A stretch of DNA of 64,000 bases from Tubulanus polymorphus (lineage: Eukaryota > Animalia > Nemertea): NCBI RefSeq assembly GCF_964204645.1, contig NC_134029.1:12364850-12428849 (forward strand), given 5' to 3'. The position numbers and the translations under genes are program-made. A model generated the notes under the pieces. It worked only from the letters and a program-made list of their open reading frames with translations, was not told the DNA's origin and searched no databases. Below, piece by piece: positions 40,371-52,019 of the stretch (positions are counted from its first letter, which is position 1; each line of letters starts with the position of its first letter).

Positions 40371-43300
40371 TACTTATAAACACATACCTTTGTAATATAT
40401 CTTTGTAGAAAATGTTTACATAAATTCAGTAAATGAAAGTACATTATTAAATCATAAACAATTATGTGAAAATCATGATTATTGTAAATTAGTTTTACCA
40501 AATGAAAAGGATAAAATATTAGAATTCAAAAAATATGATTACAAAAATAAAGTACTATTTGTAATATATGGAGATTTTGAATCATTAAATAAAGAACTAA
40601 CTGATCAAGATATATATTATATAAGAAGAAATATATTATAAAAGAAAGAAATTAAACTCTAATGAAAATGATTTTTCAGTTGAACCACCAAAAACAAATA
40701 CAATTAAAATGATTAATCAATCAGCTGCTGCTTTCGGGTTATATATTAAATCTGATTATCCAGAACTAATTGAAAGTGAATATTATCATTATAGAAATGA
40801 AAATGTTATCAATCATTTTTGTGACTTATTAATTGAATATGAAATAAGATTTAATGAAAAGTTAAATAAAAATATAAAAATTATAATGACAGAAGAAGAT
40901 AACGAAGCATTTGAGTTTGCAGATAAATGTTATTATTGTGAAAAGATATTTAATTATAAAGATAAAAATGTAAGAGACCATGATCATTTGAATGGAAAGT
41001 TTAGAGGCGCTGCACATGAGAATTGTAACTTACAAGCTAAGAAAATTAACTTTGTACCAGTTATATTTCATAATCTATCAGGATATGATGCTCATTTATT
41101 TATCAAACAGCTATGTTATAAAATAGAAGAAATCAATAATGAAATAGAAAGATTAAATTCAAATAGATCAAAAGATAAAATACCAACTTATAAATTTAAA
41201 ATGTTAGCTAGAACATCTGAGAATTGTATATCATTCCAATTTGGGTGTTTAAGATTTATAGATTTTTATATAGTTCATTAGATAACTTATCAAAATCATT
41301 AGTTGATGATGAATTAAAAATATTAAAACAACACTACCCAAATAATGATGATTTCCAATTAATGAGATATAAAGGCGCAATTCCATATTCTTTCTATAAA
41401 TCACATAATGATTTTAACATAAATGAATTATTGAACAATTCTATGATGAATTAAAAAATGAATATGTTAAAGATGAAGTCTATAATAGAACATTGAATAT
41501 TTGGAATCATTTCAAAATAGAAAATCATGGACAATTAGTAGATTCATATCTAAAATCAGATGTATTATCATTAGCCGATATATTCGAAAGGTTTAGAGAT
41601 GTAAACCTAAAATATTTCAATATTGATCCTTGTCATTGTTATTCTAGTCCAGGTTTAACATGGGATTGTGGATTAAAATTTACAGATATAAAAATGGATT
41701 TGTTAACAAATATAGATCAATTATTATTATTTGAAAAATCTATAAGAAGAGGAGTTTCAGGTGTATTAGGGGATAGATATTTCAATGTAAATGATAACCC
41801 TGGATATAAATTATTATATATAGATGCAAATAATTTCGGTGTTGTCATATCGCGGAAAGACGGAATCGCGGAATTTTCCAAAAACGCGGAATTTCTTCAT
41901 TTCTACTTTAAATAGTAAACGGATTTTTTCCACGGGGATACCCACTGTCGGACAAGGCACCGGACCGATCGATGCAACGAGTTAGGTTCGAATCCCATTA
42001 TTTGCAGGCAATTTTATATGGAATTATTATATTACGATACCGTTGACTGAGCCAAATTCGGTTTTCGTATCTAGTCGACTAGTAGTCGAAACTAATAACC
42101 GAATGCGCTTGATTTTCGAACTATTTCCGGAAGTCACAAAGTAAACATTAAAAAAAACGAAACCATTTTATAATCTTTCATATCATTTAATTCAAAAAGA
42201 TAAACCACATTCGCTTATAACAACAATGTAGACACACAACACGCATGAACAATCCTAAGCCAGAATGAAATATACATAATGTCTATTTATTTTCGTCTGA
42301 CATCGATCCAGTTCCACAGTTGTGAGCTAACTCTCAGTTACTTAGAATCAATTCATTTCCAATGTTTTAAATCCAGAGACCAGAGTCAAATCTTAACTTG
42401 GAAATGAGTCCCGAAGAATGATCCATGGTGTCATCACAAATCCTACGTTTACGTACCATCGATTTGTATTCCTTCAGTTAATGCAGCGATACTCTGTATC
42501 ACTGAATTCGCAAAGCACGTATTGCCTAGGTTCTCCATTATTTGGAACAGTATCGTTAAGTTGTTGACTGGCGATATAGTTAACTATCAAATACTAATTC
42601 CCGGTGTTGAAAACCTGGGTCCGGTGCCCTGTCCGACAGTGGGTATCCCCGTGGGAAAACCCCGTTTACTATTTATAGTAAAAATGAAGAAATTCCGCGT
42701 TTTTGGAAAATTCCGCGATTCCGTCTTTCCGCGATATGACAACACCGAAATAATTTGTATGGTTGGGCAATGATGGAACCACAACCTTATGGAGTATTTG
42801 AAATAAGTGAAGTTTCACAACATGAAAATAATGATAAATTTGATTGGAAGAAAAGAATCCTAGATATTGCAGATGATTCAGATACTGGTTACTTCTTTGT
42901 TGTAGATTTAGAATATCCTGAACATATTAAATTTAAATCTAGAAATCTAGCATACTGTCCAGAACATAAAACTGTAACTCATGAAGAATTATCAAATTAT
43001 CAAAAAAGAATTAAACCCGAAAATCATATTCATACAGAAAAGTTAATGGTAACTCAAGAAGATAAATATAATTATGTAGTACATTATAGAATGTTAAAGT
43101 TTTATCTAAAACAAGGAATGACCCTAAAAAAAGTACATAGTTATATTTCATTCAGTCAATCTAAGTGGTTAGAAAAATATATAGATTTTAACACCAAACA
43201 AAGAACTGAAGCTAAAATTGATTTTGAGAAAGATTTCTTCAAACTAATGAACAATGCATTCTATGGTAAGACTTAGTGAAAATATTAGAAATAGAAATGA

Positions 43301-44094
43301 TATTGAGTTAGTTAGTAATGGTAAAATGATAAGGCATTTACAATCATATCCTAAGTTTTTAGGTAACAGAATATTTGATGAAAATTTAGCTGCAGTTAAA
43401 ATGAGAAGAACTTCTATGAAATTTAATAAATCAATTTATGTTGGAGCATCAGTTTTAGAAATATCAAAATTACTAATGTATGAATTCTATTATAATGTAT
43501 TACAACCTCATTTTGGAGAAAAACATATAGAAATCTTATATTTTGATACAGATTCTTACATATTAAAGATAAAAACTAATAACATAACTGATGATTTAAA
43601 AACATTAAAACATCATTTTGATTTCAGTAATTATCCTAAAAATCATGAATTGTTTAGCAATGATAATAAAAAGCGTCCCGGTAAATTCAAAGATGAATTA
43701 GGTGGTGAAGAAATGATAGAGTTCATTGGTATTAGATCCAAAATGTATTCATATAAAACTAAAGAATATGAAGCTAAAGGAATAACGTTAAATAAAGTTA
43801 AAAGGAATAACCAAAAGTGTAGTAGAAAAGAATATTCATTTCAAAGATTACATCAATTGTATATTCAAAGAAGAAGTTAGAAAACATAAAATGAGATGTT
43901 TAAGATCTGAAGATCATGAAATGTTTATTGAAGAGATAGAGAAGATAAGTCTAAACCCATTTGATGATAAAAGATATATTCTGGATGATGGAATTCATAC
44001 AGTTGCTTATGGTTGTAATTTAGATGAATACTTAAAATTTAAAAGAGAAGAAACAAAAGAGAACGAGATAATGAAAAGAATTCTAACGTGTTAA
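40371..44094 (+). pseudogene. polB: Protein-primed family B DNA polymerase with endonuclease-VII-like Zn insert; 5'-deleted, frameshifted and MITE-interrupted
   Basis: Motifs YGDFES, CYYC...RDHDHLNGKFRGAAHENCN, FHNLSGYD, YLKSDV, YIDANN|LYGWAM, KLMNNAFYGKT, YFDTDS, GKFKDE and RSKMYS. Confidence 0.95.
41837..42747. mobile_element. MULE-like MITE (911 bp, ~130-bp TIRs, 9-bp TSD) inside polB motif A
   Basis: CGGTGTTGTCATATCGCGG...CCGCGATATGACAACACCG flanked by AAATAATTT (41828-41836, 42748-42756). Confidence 0.92.
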
Positions 44095-44123
44095 TCAAAT
44101 TTTAATAAAAATATGTATTATAA

Positions 44124-44486
44124 ATGGAGAGTAAACAAGCAAACAGTGAGAACAACAAATTATTTCTAGATAGAATAAAAGATACTTCAAATGTCAAATC
44201 AGTAGATTATAAATTTAAGAAGTTAAAAGAATTAATAATCCATAAGAAATATCTAATTACAAATATTGATACAGTTACTAACAAATATGGAGATAAATTA
44301 GTTATACACTTAGAATATGAAGGATTAAAAGGAAATACATATAAATTCAGAACATATTTACCAGATAGATTTCATAGATTATCAAGTGAAGATCTAGAAG
44401 AATTATGTTCTGGAGATTTCTATTTCGTATACAAAGGTAAGAATGAAAAGGGGCATCATAAAATAGATTTCGAAAAAAATATGTAA
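44124..44486 (+). CDS. Maverick small conserved protein, function unknown
   Basis: Intact 120-aa ORF; paralogue at 37530. Confidence 0.75.
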   Translation: MESKQANSENNKLFLDRIKDTSNVKSVDYKFKKLKELIIHKKYLITNIDTVTNKYGDKLVIHLEYEGLKGNTYKFRTYLPDRFHRLSSEDLEELCSGDFYFVYKGKNEKGHHKIDFEKNM

Positions 44487-44491
44487 AATAA

Positions 44492-45249
44492 ATGGTAGAA
44501 TTAAAAGAATACAAAATATTTGTTGATTCTAGAAGACTTACAAATTATAAATCACATAATTTACTAGTACAATTAGATAGAGAATTTAAGAATTGTGTAG
44601 ATTCAAAATTAGTAAATATAAGTTTATGTAATTCTTTTTACAATATATCGAATAAAACTATTGAAGATAATACTTTTTTAATTCATATTAGAAATGTAAA
44701 TAAATGGTTTCATCTAATTTTAAAACCAGGATTATATAATTCAGATACATTAGCTCAAGAAATTATCAGAAGAGCACGGTTGAAAATTAGAAGTGAAGAT
44801 AAATTTATAATTAGATTTATAAAAAGTGATAGCACAAATAAAATTAAAATAAAGTTACATGATGAAAGTCAACATGCATTAATGGTAAAAAACCTATAGC
44901 TAAACTGTTAGGAATTGTACCAGATACTGTGACAGGAAACGTAGATGGTAATTCAAATTTAATGACTTTTACGCACTTTTATATTTATTGCAATTCAATT
45001 GATCCTACAAAAACATTTGAAGCAACTAAAGAAACAATTTGTAGTTCTAGTATACTAAATATTTTACCGCTAAAAAATGTTAAACAATTTGGAACGCAAA
45101 TAAATTATAATTTAACAGAATGTGATTTTAAACCTTGCATTCCTAAATTTAATAATTTTAAGTTAGAAGTAAGAAATCATAATGGATACTTAATTGATTT
45201 AAATAACTTTCCTGTGATATATGAATTAGTTATAAGATGTAGAGAGTAA
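44492..45249 (+). pseudogene. Penton (minor capsid), 1-nt frameshift near 44890
   Basis: ORFs 44492-44899 and 44929-45249 join to match the intact 37898-38656 protein. Confidence 0.8.
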
Positions 45250-45265
45250 TTTTTTCATTATATAA

Positions 45266-45625
45266 ATGAATATAACTGTTGGACCGAGTATATGTTTTGG
45301 GTTTGATTTTAAACGTGAGAAAGAAATGAAATTTAACATTAATGATGTAATTACACATATTAGAAATATTGCATTTTCTAATGAAACAACATTTGAGTAT
45401 GAAACAACAATAGATAAAGAAACTTTAAATGTAGAAAAGATTACTAATTTAATTAGAGAATCTTTAAGATTTTATGAATTAGATGAAGATTTTATCATCG
45501 ATGATATTAAAAAAATAATAATTGAAATATATACAAATGAAACTAGTAATGAAATAAATGTTGAATTAATCATAAATAAGATAACTAAATATTTTGAAGA
45601 TAGTAATTTTTTGATAAATAAATGA
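45266..45625 (+). CDS. Hypothetical Maverick protein (119 aa)
   Basis: TAAATG start. The paralogue at 38673 shares MNITVGPSICFGFDFK. Confidence 0.65.
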   Translation: MNITVGPSICFGFDFKREKEMKFNINDVITHIRNIAFSNETTFEYETTIDKETLNVEKITNLIRESLRFYELDEDFIIDDIKKIIIEIYTNETSNEINVELIINKITKYFEDSNFLINK

Positions 45626-45843
45626 GTGATAATAAGTGCATAATAACTGGATTATATAATGGAGCATTACTATCAGTTGGAACTGTTGGTTATTCAAGGG
45701 TATTAAAAAAAGTATTCAAATTGGGAAGTGTTAATGTTGATAGATTTGATATAAATGATATCTTAAAATTAACATTAGCAGTTACTTTATCTAATTTAAC
45801 TATTGATTATTTGGAAAAACAAAACTATATTCCTCCCATATAA
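45622..45843 (+). CDS. Small hydrophobic/amphipathic protein (73 aa)
   Basis: Two hydrophobic helices; paralogue at 39016. Confidence 0.7.
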   Translation: MSDNKCIITGLYNGALLSVGTVGYSRVLKKVFKLGSVNVDRFDINDILKLTLAVTLSNLTIDYLEKQNYIPPI

Positions 45844-45867
45844 ATGCGCAATTATTTTACTAAATAA

Positions 45868-46311
45868 ATGGCTTCTGCAATTATAACTATTATAGGATCG
45901 GCAATTGTTAACGCTTTAGCATTTACTGGTGGCGGTTATTTATTTAAGCATATTGATAAAAATAGTTCATTAGGAGAACAAAGAAGACATAACTTAGCAT
46001 TAGAGAAATACAATAAAGCAGCAGAAGAATACAGCGAAAAACGACAAAACTATATGGATTATATCAGGGAAGTCCCTGATTATATTAACAAGGAATTATA
46101 TGATCAGAAGATTTCACATAGAGATTTTCAATCAGTTGATGATGCAATGAGTTTAGATAACGCAGTAACCAATAAAGAAAAATTACATCTTTACAAACCT
46201 AAATTATCAGATTATTATACACCAAGTAATGAACAGAAGAAACATGAAATAATTTGGATTTTAGGCGGAACTGTTATTGTTATATTTGTTTCTTATAAGT
46301 TTACTAATTAG
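45868..46311 (+). CDS. Membrane protein with N- and C-terminal hydrophobic helices (147 aa)
   Basis: MASAIITIIGSAIVNALAFTGGGYLF ... IIWILGGTVIVIFVSYKF; paralogue at 39237. Confidence 0.75.
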   Translation: MASAIITIIGSAIVNALAFTGGGYLFKHIDKNSSLGEQRRHNLALEKYNKAAEEYSEKRQNYMDYIREVPDYINKELYDQKISHRDFQSVDDAMSLDNAVTNKEKLHLYKPKLSDYYTPSNEQKKHEIIWILGGTVIVIFVSYKFTN

Positions 46312-46331
46312 TAATTTTTTTTGATAAATAA

Positions 46332-46766
46332 ATGGATGATAAAGTTGATAATATTGATATCATTGCTCATGATATAAATAAAACTGAATTAAAAATATAT
46401 TTAGAAAAACAAATATTAGAATTTGAAAGTGATTTAAAGATAAAAAAGAAAAAATATTTAAAAAGTAAAATTATATATTATTTTATTATCAGCGGTTCAG
46501 TTACAATTAGTTCTGTAATAACATTTCTAGCAATATTCAGTCCATTAACACCTTTAGCTATATCAATTGGTGTATTAGGATTAAGTTCAAGTGTTTTAAC
46601 TGGTATAAGTTCAAAATTAAATATAAAAAGTAATAAAGAAAAAATTAAAAGTAATATAAAAGAAATTAATAAATTAAAAAATACACTAGATTATATAATA
46701 AGTTTAAATGGTCATATAACAGTTGAAGAAAAAAATAAATTATTAAAAGAATTCGTTAATTATTAA
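46332..46766 (+). CDS. Coiled-coil protein with two transmembrane helices (144 aa)
   Basis: Hydrophobic hairpin IIYYFIISGSVTISSVITFLAIFSPLTPLAISIGVLGLSSSVLTGI; paralogue at 39685. Confidence 0.75.
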   Translation: MDDKVDNIDIIAHDINKTELKIYLEKQILEFESDLKIKKKKYLKSKIIYYFIISGSVTISSVITFLAIFSPLTPLAISIGVLGLSSSVLTGISSKLNIKSNKEKIKSNIKEINKLKNTLDYIISLNGHITVEEKNKLLKEFVNY

Positions 46767-46782
46767 TTTTTTTATTATATAA

Positions 46783-48110
46783 ATGGTATATAGTTTTCCA
46801 AAAGCTTTCCAATATAATAAATCAATGAAATATAATATTCCAGCAATAGATTTTAATAAAGATATTTCATATAGAAATGAAGTTTTAAATTCATTAATTG
46901 ATTTATATATTTATGTTACTGAAAGTAATAATTTTCATGTAAAGATGGAAAATATATTTCATGTGTATACAATTAATTTTAAAAATCTAAATGAGGCAAA
47001 ACAATGGTTATTAAAATCTAATATGAAGTATTGGCAGAACCAATTAAATTTTGCTGTTTATTGCGCAACAACAGGATGTGGAATAAGTTGGAATGATCAT
47101 TTAAATAAACCAAGTTTACCATTGATGTTATCACTTTTTAGATTTCATACTTATTTTCAAATAAAATTAATATTAGATGAATTAGAATGTCCTTTACCAG
47201 GTTCAAAATATTTTTAAGAATTGAATAATAATATTAATTTTTCTAAGTTTTATAAAATATGTAATGAATTTAATATTAATTCAAATAAAGATTTTAGAGC
47301 AAAAATTGGAACAATGGGTGGATTAGGAATATTATATACTAAAGAATTTGGAAAAATAATGACAAATTCAGATATAAGAATACTAAATTGGAATGAATTA
47401 CCAAAATATTATAATAATATACAACAACAAAATAATAATGGTTGGGTTTATTTCATTTTAGAAAATAGTGAAGGTTTTACTAAAGCTGGTATACAAAGAA
47501 TAAATCAATCAATTAGAACTTATTTGATATGTATTTTAGGTGCGCAAGTTGAAACAAGATCGCCAATAGTTGGAAATGATAACGCTTCATTCGATGCGCA
47601 GAAACAATTCAAAGTATTATTTGAAGATTCCATTCATAATGATAAAAATAGATCGATTCCAGAAAACATTGTAAGATATCAAAATTATTTAGATAAATCC
47701 CATATTAGACTTAATTATTGTATAGGCCCTAATCTATTAATTATTTCTAATGATTTAGTATTAAAGATGGGAAATATAATTGGTTATAATAATCTAATTA
47801 AAAACTGCAACAATAAATAATTCATTTGGATTGAATGATATAAATAAAAAGATTATTACTGCTCCAAAATTAATGGAAGGTGAAAAAAAATAAAAAACAT
47901 ATTCAATCAACAGAAACTAAAACTAAGAATATTAAATTAAATAATGATTCTAAAATAAGAGATTACAATACTACAGAAAATATAGAAACTGATATTATTC
48001 AACATGAAATAATTAAACTAAATGATGATAATAAATCCCATGAAAATACTAAATTAGCTATAACCTGTATAGGAATTGTAATCGGAGGAATATTATATTT
48101 TAAATTTTAA
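46783..48110 (+). pseudogene. Conserved Maverick protein (~440 aa) with C-terminal TM anchor; one stop and a frameshift
   Basis: WQNQLNFAVYCATTGCGISW, ILGAQ and FDAQKQF motifs. Fragments 46783, 47221 and 47880 are collinear with 61317-62578. Confidence 0.8.
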
Positions 48111-48125
48111 TTTTTTATTATGTAA

Positions 48126-49720
48126 ATGGCAGAAGGTGGAGAAGATATTCCATTGGATGGCATGGGAAATAATAATGAAGGATATATTGATGATGAACCG
48201 CAACCCAATTTAAATGAAACTAATATTGAAGATGATAATTCATCAGCATATAATTCTAATTTAGCAGATAGTGGTTCTAAACCATCAACAGAGGAATATA
48301 TTAGAAAAACTAGATCGAGAATAAAACCTGAAAATGAAAATCAAGGTTTATCAAGACAAGATTTAGAAAATAATGAATTTATATATAAATTCAAACCTGT
48401 ATTTAAAGATTCTGGATATAATATCAATGATAGAGGCGCCAGACTTTTAGTACGACAATTAAAGTTTTTAGATGGTGAATATTATTATCGTTTGAAAGAT
48501 GATTATTATATTAATATCTCTTATAAAAATCAAGATAAAATATTAGCGGAATCAACTTTGGAAAAATTAGAACAAGATAGAATTAAAAAAATAAGTATTA
48601 ATAATGAAATAGAAAATGTAACACAAGAAGAAATAAATCACTATAAAAATAAAAAAGTATTTAAACAAAGACTTAATGAATTATTTGAAACAATCGATAA
48701 TAATTTAGAACCAGAAATGGAAGAGTATGGGGATCGATTAGATAAATTAAAATCTTCAACACCCGAAACATCGAGAAGAGATATTCAACAAATTGATAAT
48801 GATTCAAGTCAATTACAATTAGGAAAACGTTTAGATAACTTACTGGATACAATGAATTCATTTGAAGAAGATAAGATTAGTGTTTTAGATACACCCGGTA
48901 CTGAAACTGGAATAAATCGAATACAATCTTTACTAGAAAAAGAATTACTTGATCTAACTTATGATGCATTAGAAGCATTTCCTGAAAAAGCACGTAAAGA
49001 AATTAAAGGTATGCAAGAATCATCTGTTGAAATTGCTAATATTAAGATGAGATTTTCTAAAAATAACCATGTTAGAAGAAGAATTAACTAATGCAAATGA
49101 AGAATTAAAACAATTAGAATTAAATAAAGATCTTCAAGTAATTGATGAAGTTGAATATGAATGCAGAAAGTTAGCTTTAGAAAAAGAAATTGATGATTTA
49201 AAATATAATATAGAATTACAGAAAGAAGAAAGAGATACATTATTAAAATCATATGATCTTAATCATATTAAAAAATTAAAAATTATTTTTAAAGATTTGT
49301 TGAAAAAACCAGATTCTAAAATATCATTAAAAGATAGAATAAGATTATTATTTAAGTTAGAAGGAATAACAATTCTTTCAATTCTAACAGCTGTAACTAT
49401 GTTATTTACAACAATTGGTTTAGCAATATCAAATTCTTTGAAATCTACTCCTACTCCAAATAAACCAGATAAACCTCCAGATAATTCTATACAAGATACA
49501 GTTAAGGATGGTTTAAAGAAATTAGCAAAATATTTATGGGAACTATCTAAAAAAATCTGCTGCAGCATTGCCAGGAATTATTGCATCAATTGTTGGTTTT
49601 ATATTGAAATCTGCAGGAAACATTATTAACTTTGCTGCTGAACATATTATTTTATTTTTAATTACAGTTGTAAGTGCAATTATTTTTGGGTTAGTAAACA
49701 TGATAAAAAATAAGTTATAA
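48126..49720 (+). pseudogene. Long acidic coiled-coil protein with a multi-helix hydrophobic C-terminus; two frameshifts
   Basis: ORFs 48126 and 49069 continue in a shifted frame as KSAAALPGIIASIVGFILKSAGNIINFAAEHIILFLITVVSAIIFGLV. Confidence 0.7.
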
Positions 49721-49794
49721 GTTAGTAAATATGATATCAAAAGATATCAAGTAACCATGATTAAAAATAGATAATTAATTTTTTTGTTAAATAA

Positions 49795-51040
49795 ATGAGT
49801 GGGAGTTATATCAATCCTTCTAAGAATCATAGAATATCTAATGCTATTAAAGCAGAAAGATCACATCATATAATTACTCATAACCCTTCTAATATTAATC
49901 CCGATGAAACTCTATATGTTAGAATCCATCGATTAACAGAAAAATACTTTTTATGTTCCAAATAGTATTTATTTATCAGCCGATATAAAAGTAACCGGTA
50001 ATAATAATAATTATGTTGTTGATAATGTTGGAAGATATTTGATTAAAAAATTAACAATAAAGATCGGTCCAGAAACAGTTTTCTCATTAGATGATTATAA
50101 TTTATTTATGCATTATAAAGATTTATGGTTAACTAAAGAAAACAGAAATAATATGATATTTCAAGGAATCCAATCAGAAAACCAAAATAAATTAAGATCA
50201 GAAGCGCATAATGCAATATTAACTAATGCTATAGATAAATTGATAAAAAGTATACATGGAAGCAAATATAAAATTCCATTAGACTTTGAATTGATAAATA
50301 ATAATGCGCCTTTATATAAATACGCAATTCAAGAAGACGTTATATTCGAAATAACATTTGCTCCTGTTAATGAAATTGTAATATCTAGCGTTAATAAAGA
50401 TATGGGTTATAAATTATCGAATATATGTTAAGATATGATACAGTAACTGATGAAAATATTTCAAGTATAATTCAAACTAAATACAATCAAGGATTTTCAT
50501 TATTATATGATTATATTGATAAATTTAAAACTGTAACTATTAATGCAAATGATGAAATTATTAATGAGAAAATTAACTTCCCAAGAAGATCTATTAAAGG
50601 TTTATTAATATTTTTTACCATTGCAACATATACTAATGGCGCAATAAATGTTGATAATTATTATAATCCTTAAAAAGCAAAAGTAGAAATAACTATCGAA
50701 GGAATAGCAAATAAAATATTTTGTCAAGGAATGAGAATGATAGATCAATGGCCAGAAATTAGAAAACATTTTATGAATGAAAAAGTAAAATCATCTGAAA
50801 ATTGTAATATTAATCAAATTGATTATTATACCGGCAATAAATATGCATTATGGTTAGATTTTAGAACAACAGAGGATAATTCATTACATGGTTCTGGAAA
50901 AAAATTACAGAACACTAAAGATGGAATACAATTATTCATGAAAAAGAAGAGGAGACAAATATTTTAAAATGCACATTTATATTACATCTGACGCGCAATT
51001 AAATATTGTAAATTCTAAATTAAATAGTGTTATGTATTAA
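49795..51040 (+). pseudogene. Major capsid protein (double jelly-roll), frameshifted
   Basis: MSGSYINPSKNHR...ITHNPSNI...NVGRYLIKKL...YKDLW...YKIPLDFEL...RSIKGLL...YALWLDFRT..DNSLHGSG...YITSDAQLNI. The size and motifs match invertebrate Maverick hexons as I recall them. Confidence 0.78.
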
Positions 51041-51072
51041 AATTTTAACTTTAATAAAAATTTATATAATAA

Positions 51073-51918
51073 ATGGAAGGAGGTAAAGTATATAAGCATA
51101 TTCCATACATCGATACACATGAAAATAATGATGGTTTATATTATGTAATACCTTGTAATATAGCTTTGATATTTGATCCTATTTTCAAAATTTATAAAAC
51201 TAAACTAATAGAAATCGATAATAATAAAAGTGGTGTTGTTGATAATTTAAGTAATGTAATTGATAATAATGTAATACCTTCTACATCTAATAATGTAATA
51301 CCTTCTACATCTAATAATGTAATACCTTCTACATCTAATAATGCAATACCTTCTACATCTAATAATGTAATACCTTCTACATCTAATAATGTAATACCTT
51401 CTACATCAAATAATGAAATAATATTAAATATTAGTGAAAATAGAAATTATTGTGATTATTGTAAAGGTGAATTTTCAAACGCCCCATCAAATTGGAATAA
51501 ACATATGAATACAAAGGTACATATTACTAATGTAATAGAACGTGTTGGTTTAAGAGAATTTATAGAACACCCATTTAAATATGTTACAAAGTTTGTTTCA
51601 AATAAAAAAGTAAATGGTAAAGAATTATATGAAGATTTATTATTAGCAACACCTAATAAAGATGAATTAGATTTAACCGATGCTAATAAAAAATTAGGAT
51701 CAAACACTGTAAATGAAATATTAGGAGCAAACACTAATAAAGATGATAATGAAAATAAAGTTACAGATAAGCATATTGATAATAAAGATTCTATGAAACA
51801 TAAAGTAGAAAATAATGATAAATTTGATTGGATGAATAAGCATAACAATGAAACAACTATTGATGATGCGGTAAAAAGGGTGAAGAATAAGTATAAAATA
51901 AAACAACTATTGATGTAG
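51073..51918 (+). CDS. Accessory protein with (NNVIPSTS)x6 repeat and a C2H2-like zinc finger
   Basis: 24-nt repeat x6 at 51265-51408 and CDYC...WNKHMNTKVH. An acidic tail in a shifted frame to ~51989 suggests a 3' frameshift. Confidence 0.7.
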   Translation: MEGGKVYKHIPYIDTHENNDGLYYVIPCNIALIFDPIFKIYKTKLIEIDNNKSGVVDNLSNVIDNNVIPSTSNNVIPSTSNNVIPSTSNNAIPSTSNNVIPSTSNNVIPSTSNNEIILNISENRNYCDYCKGEFSNAPSNWNKHMNTKVHITNVIERVGLREFIEHPFKYVTKFVSNKKVNGKELYEDLLLATPNKDELDLTDANKKLGSNTVNEILGANTNKDDNENKVTDKHIDNKDSMKHKVENNDKFDWMNKHNNETTIDDAVKRVKNKYKIKQLLM

Positions 51919-52019
51919 ATTCGGTAGAGCATTTGAATAAATTGTTGGGGCCTGATAGTGAATTGGAGAGTGATGATGAAAGTGATTAAGATATTAATTA
52001 TATTTAACTCAAATAATAA

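Noticed and set aside
51456-51932. Hydrophobic 158-aa antisense ORF
   Set aside because: It is the mirror of the Lys/Asn/Asp-rich sense ORF and has no TAAATG start.
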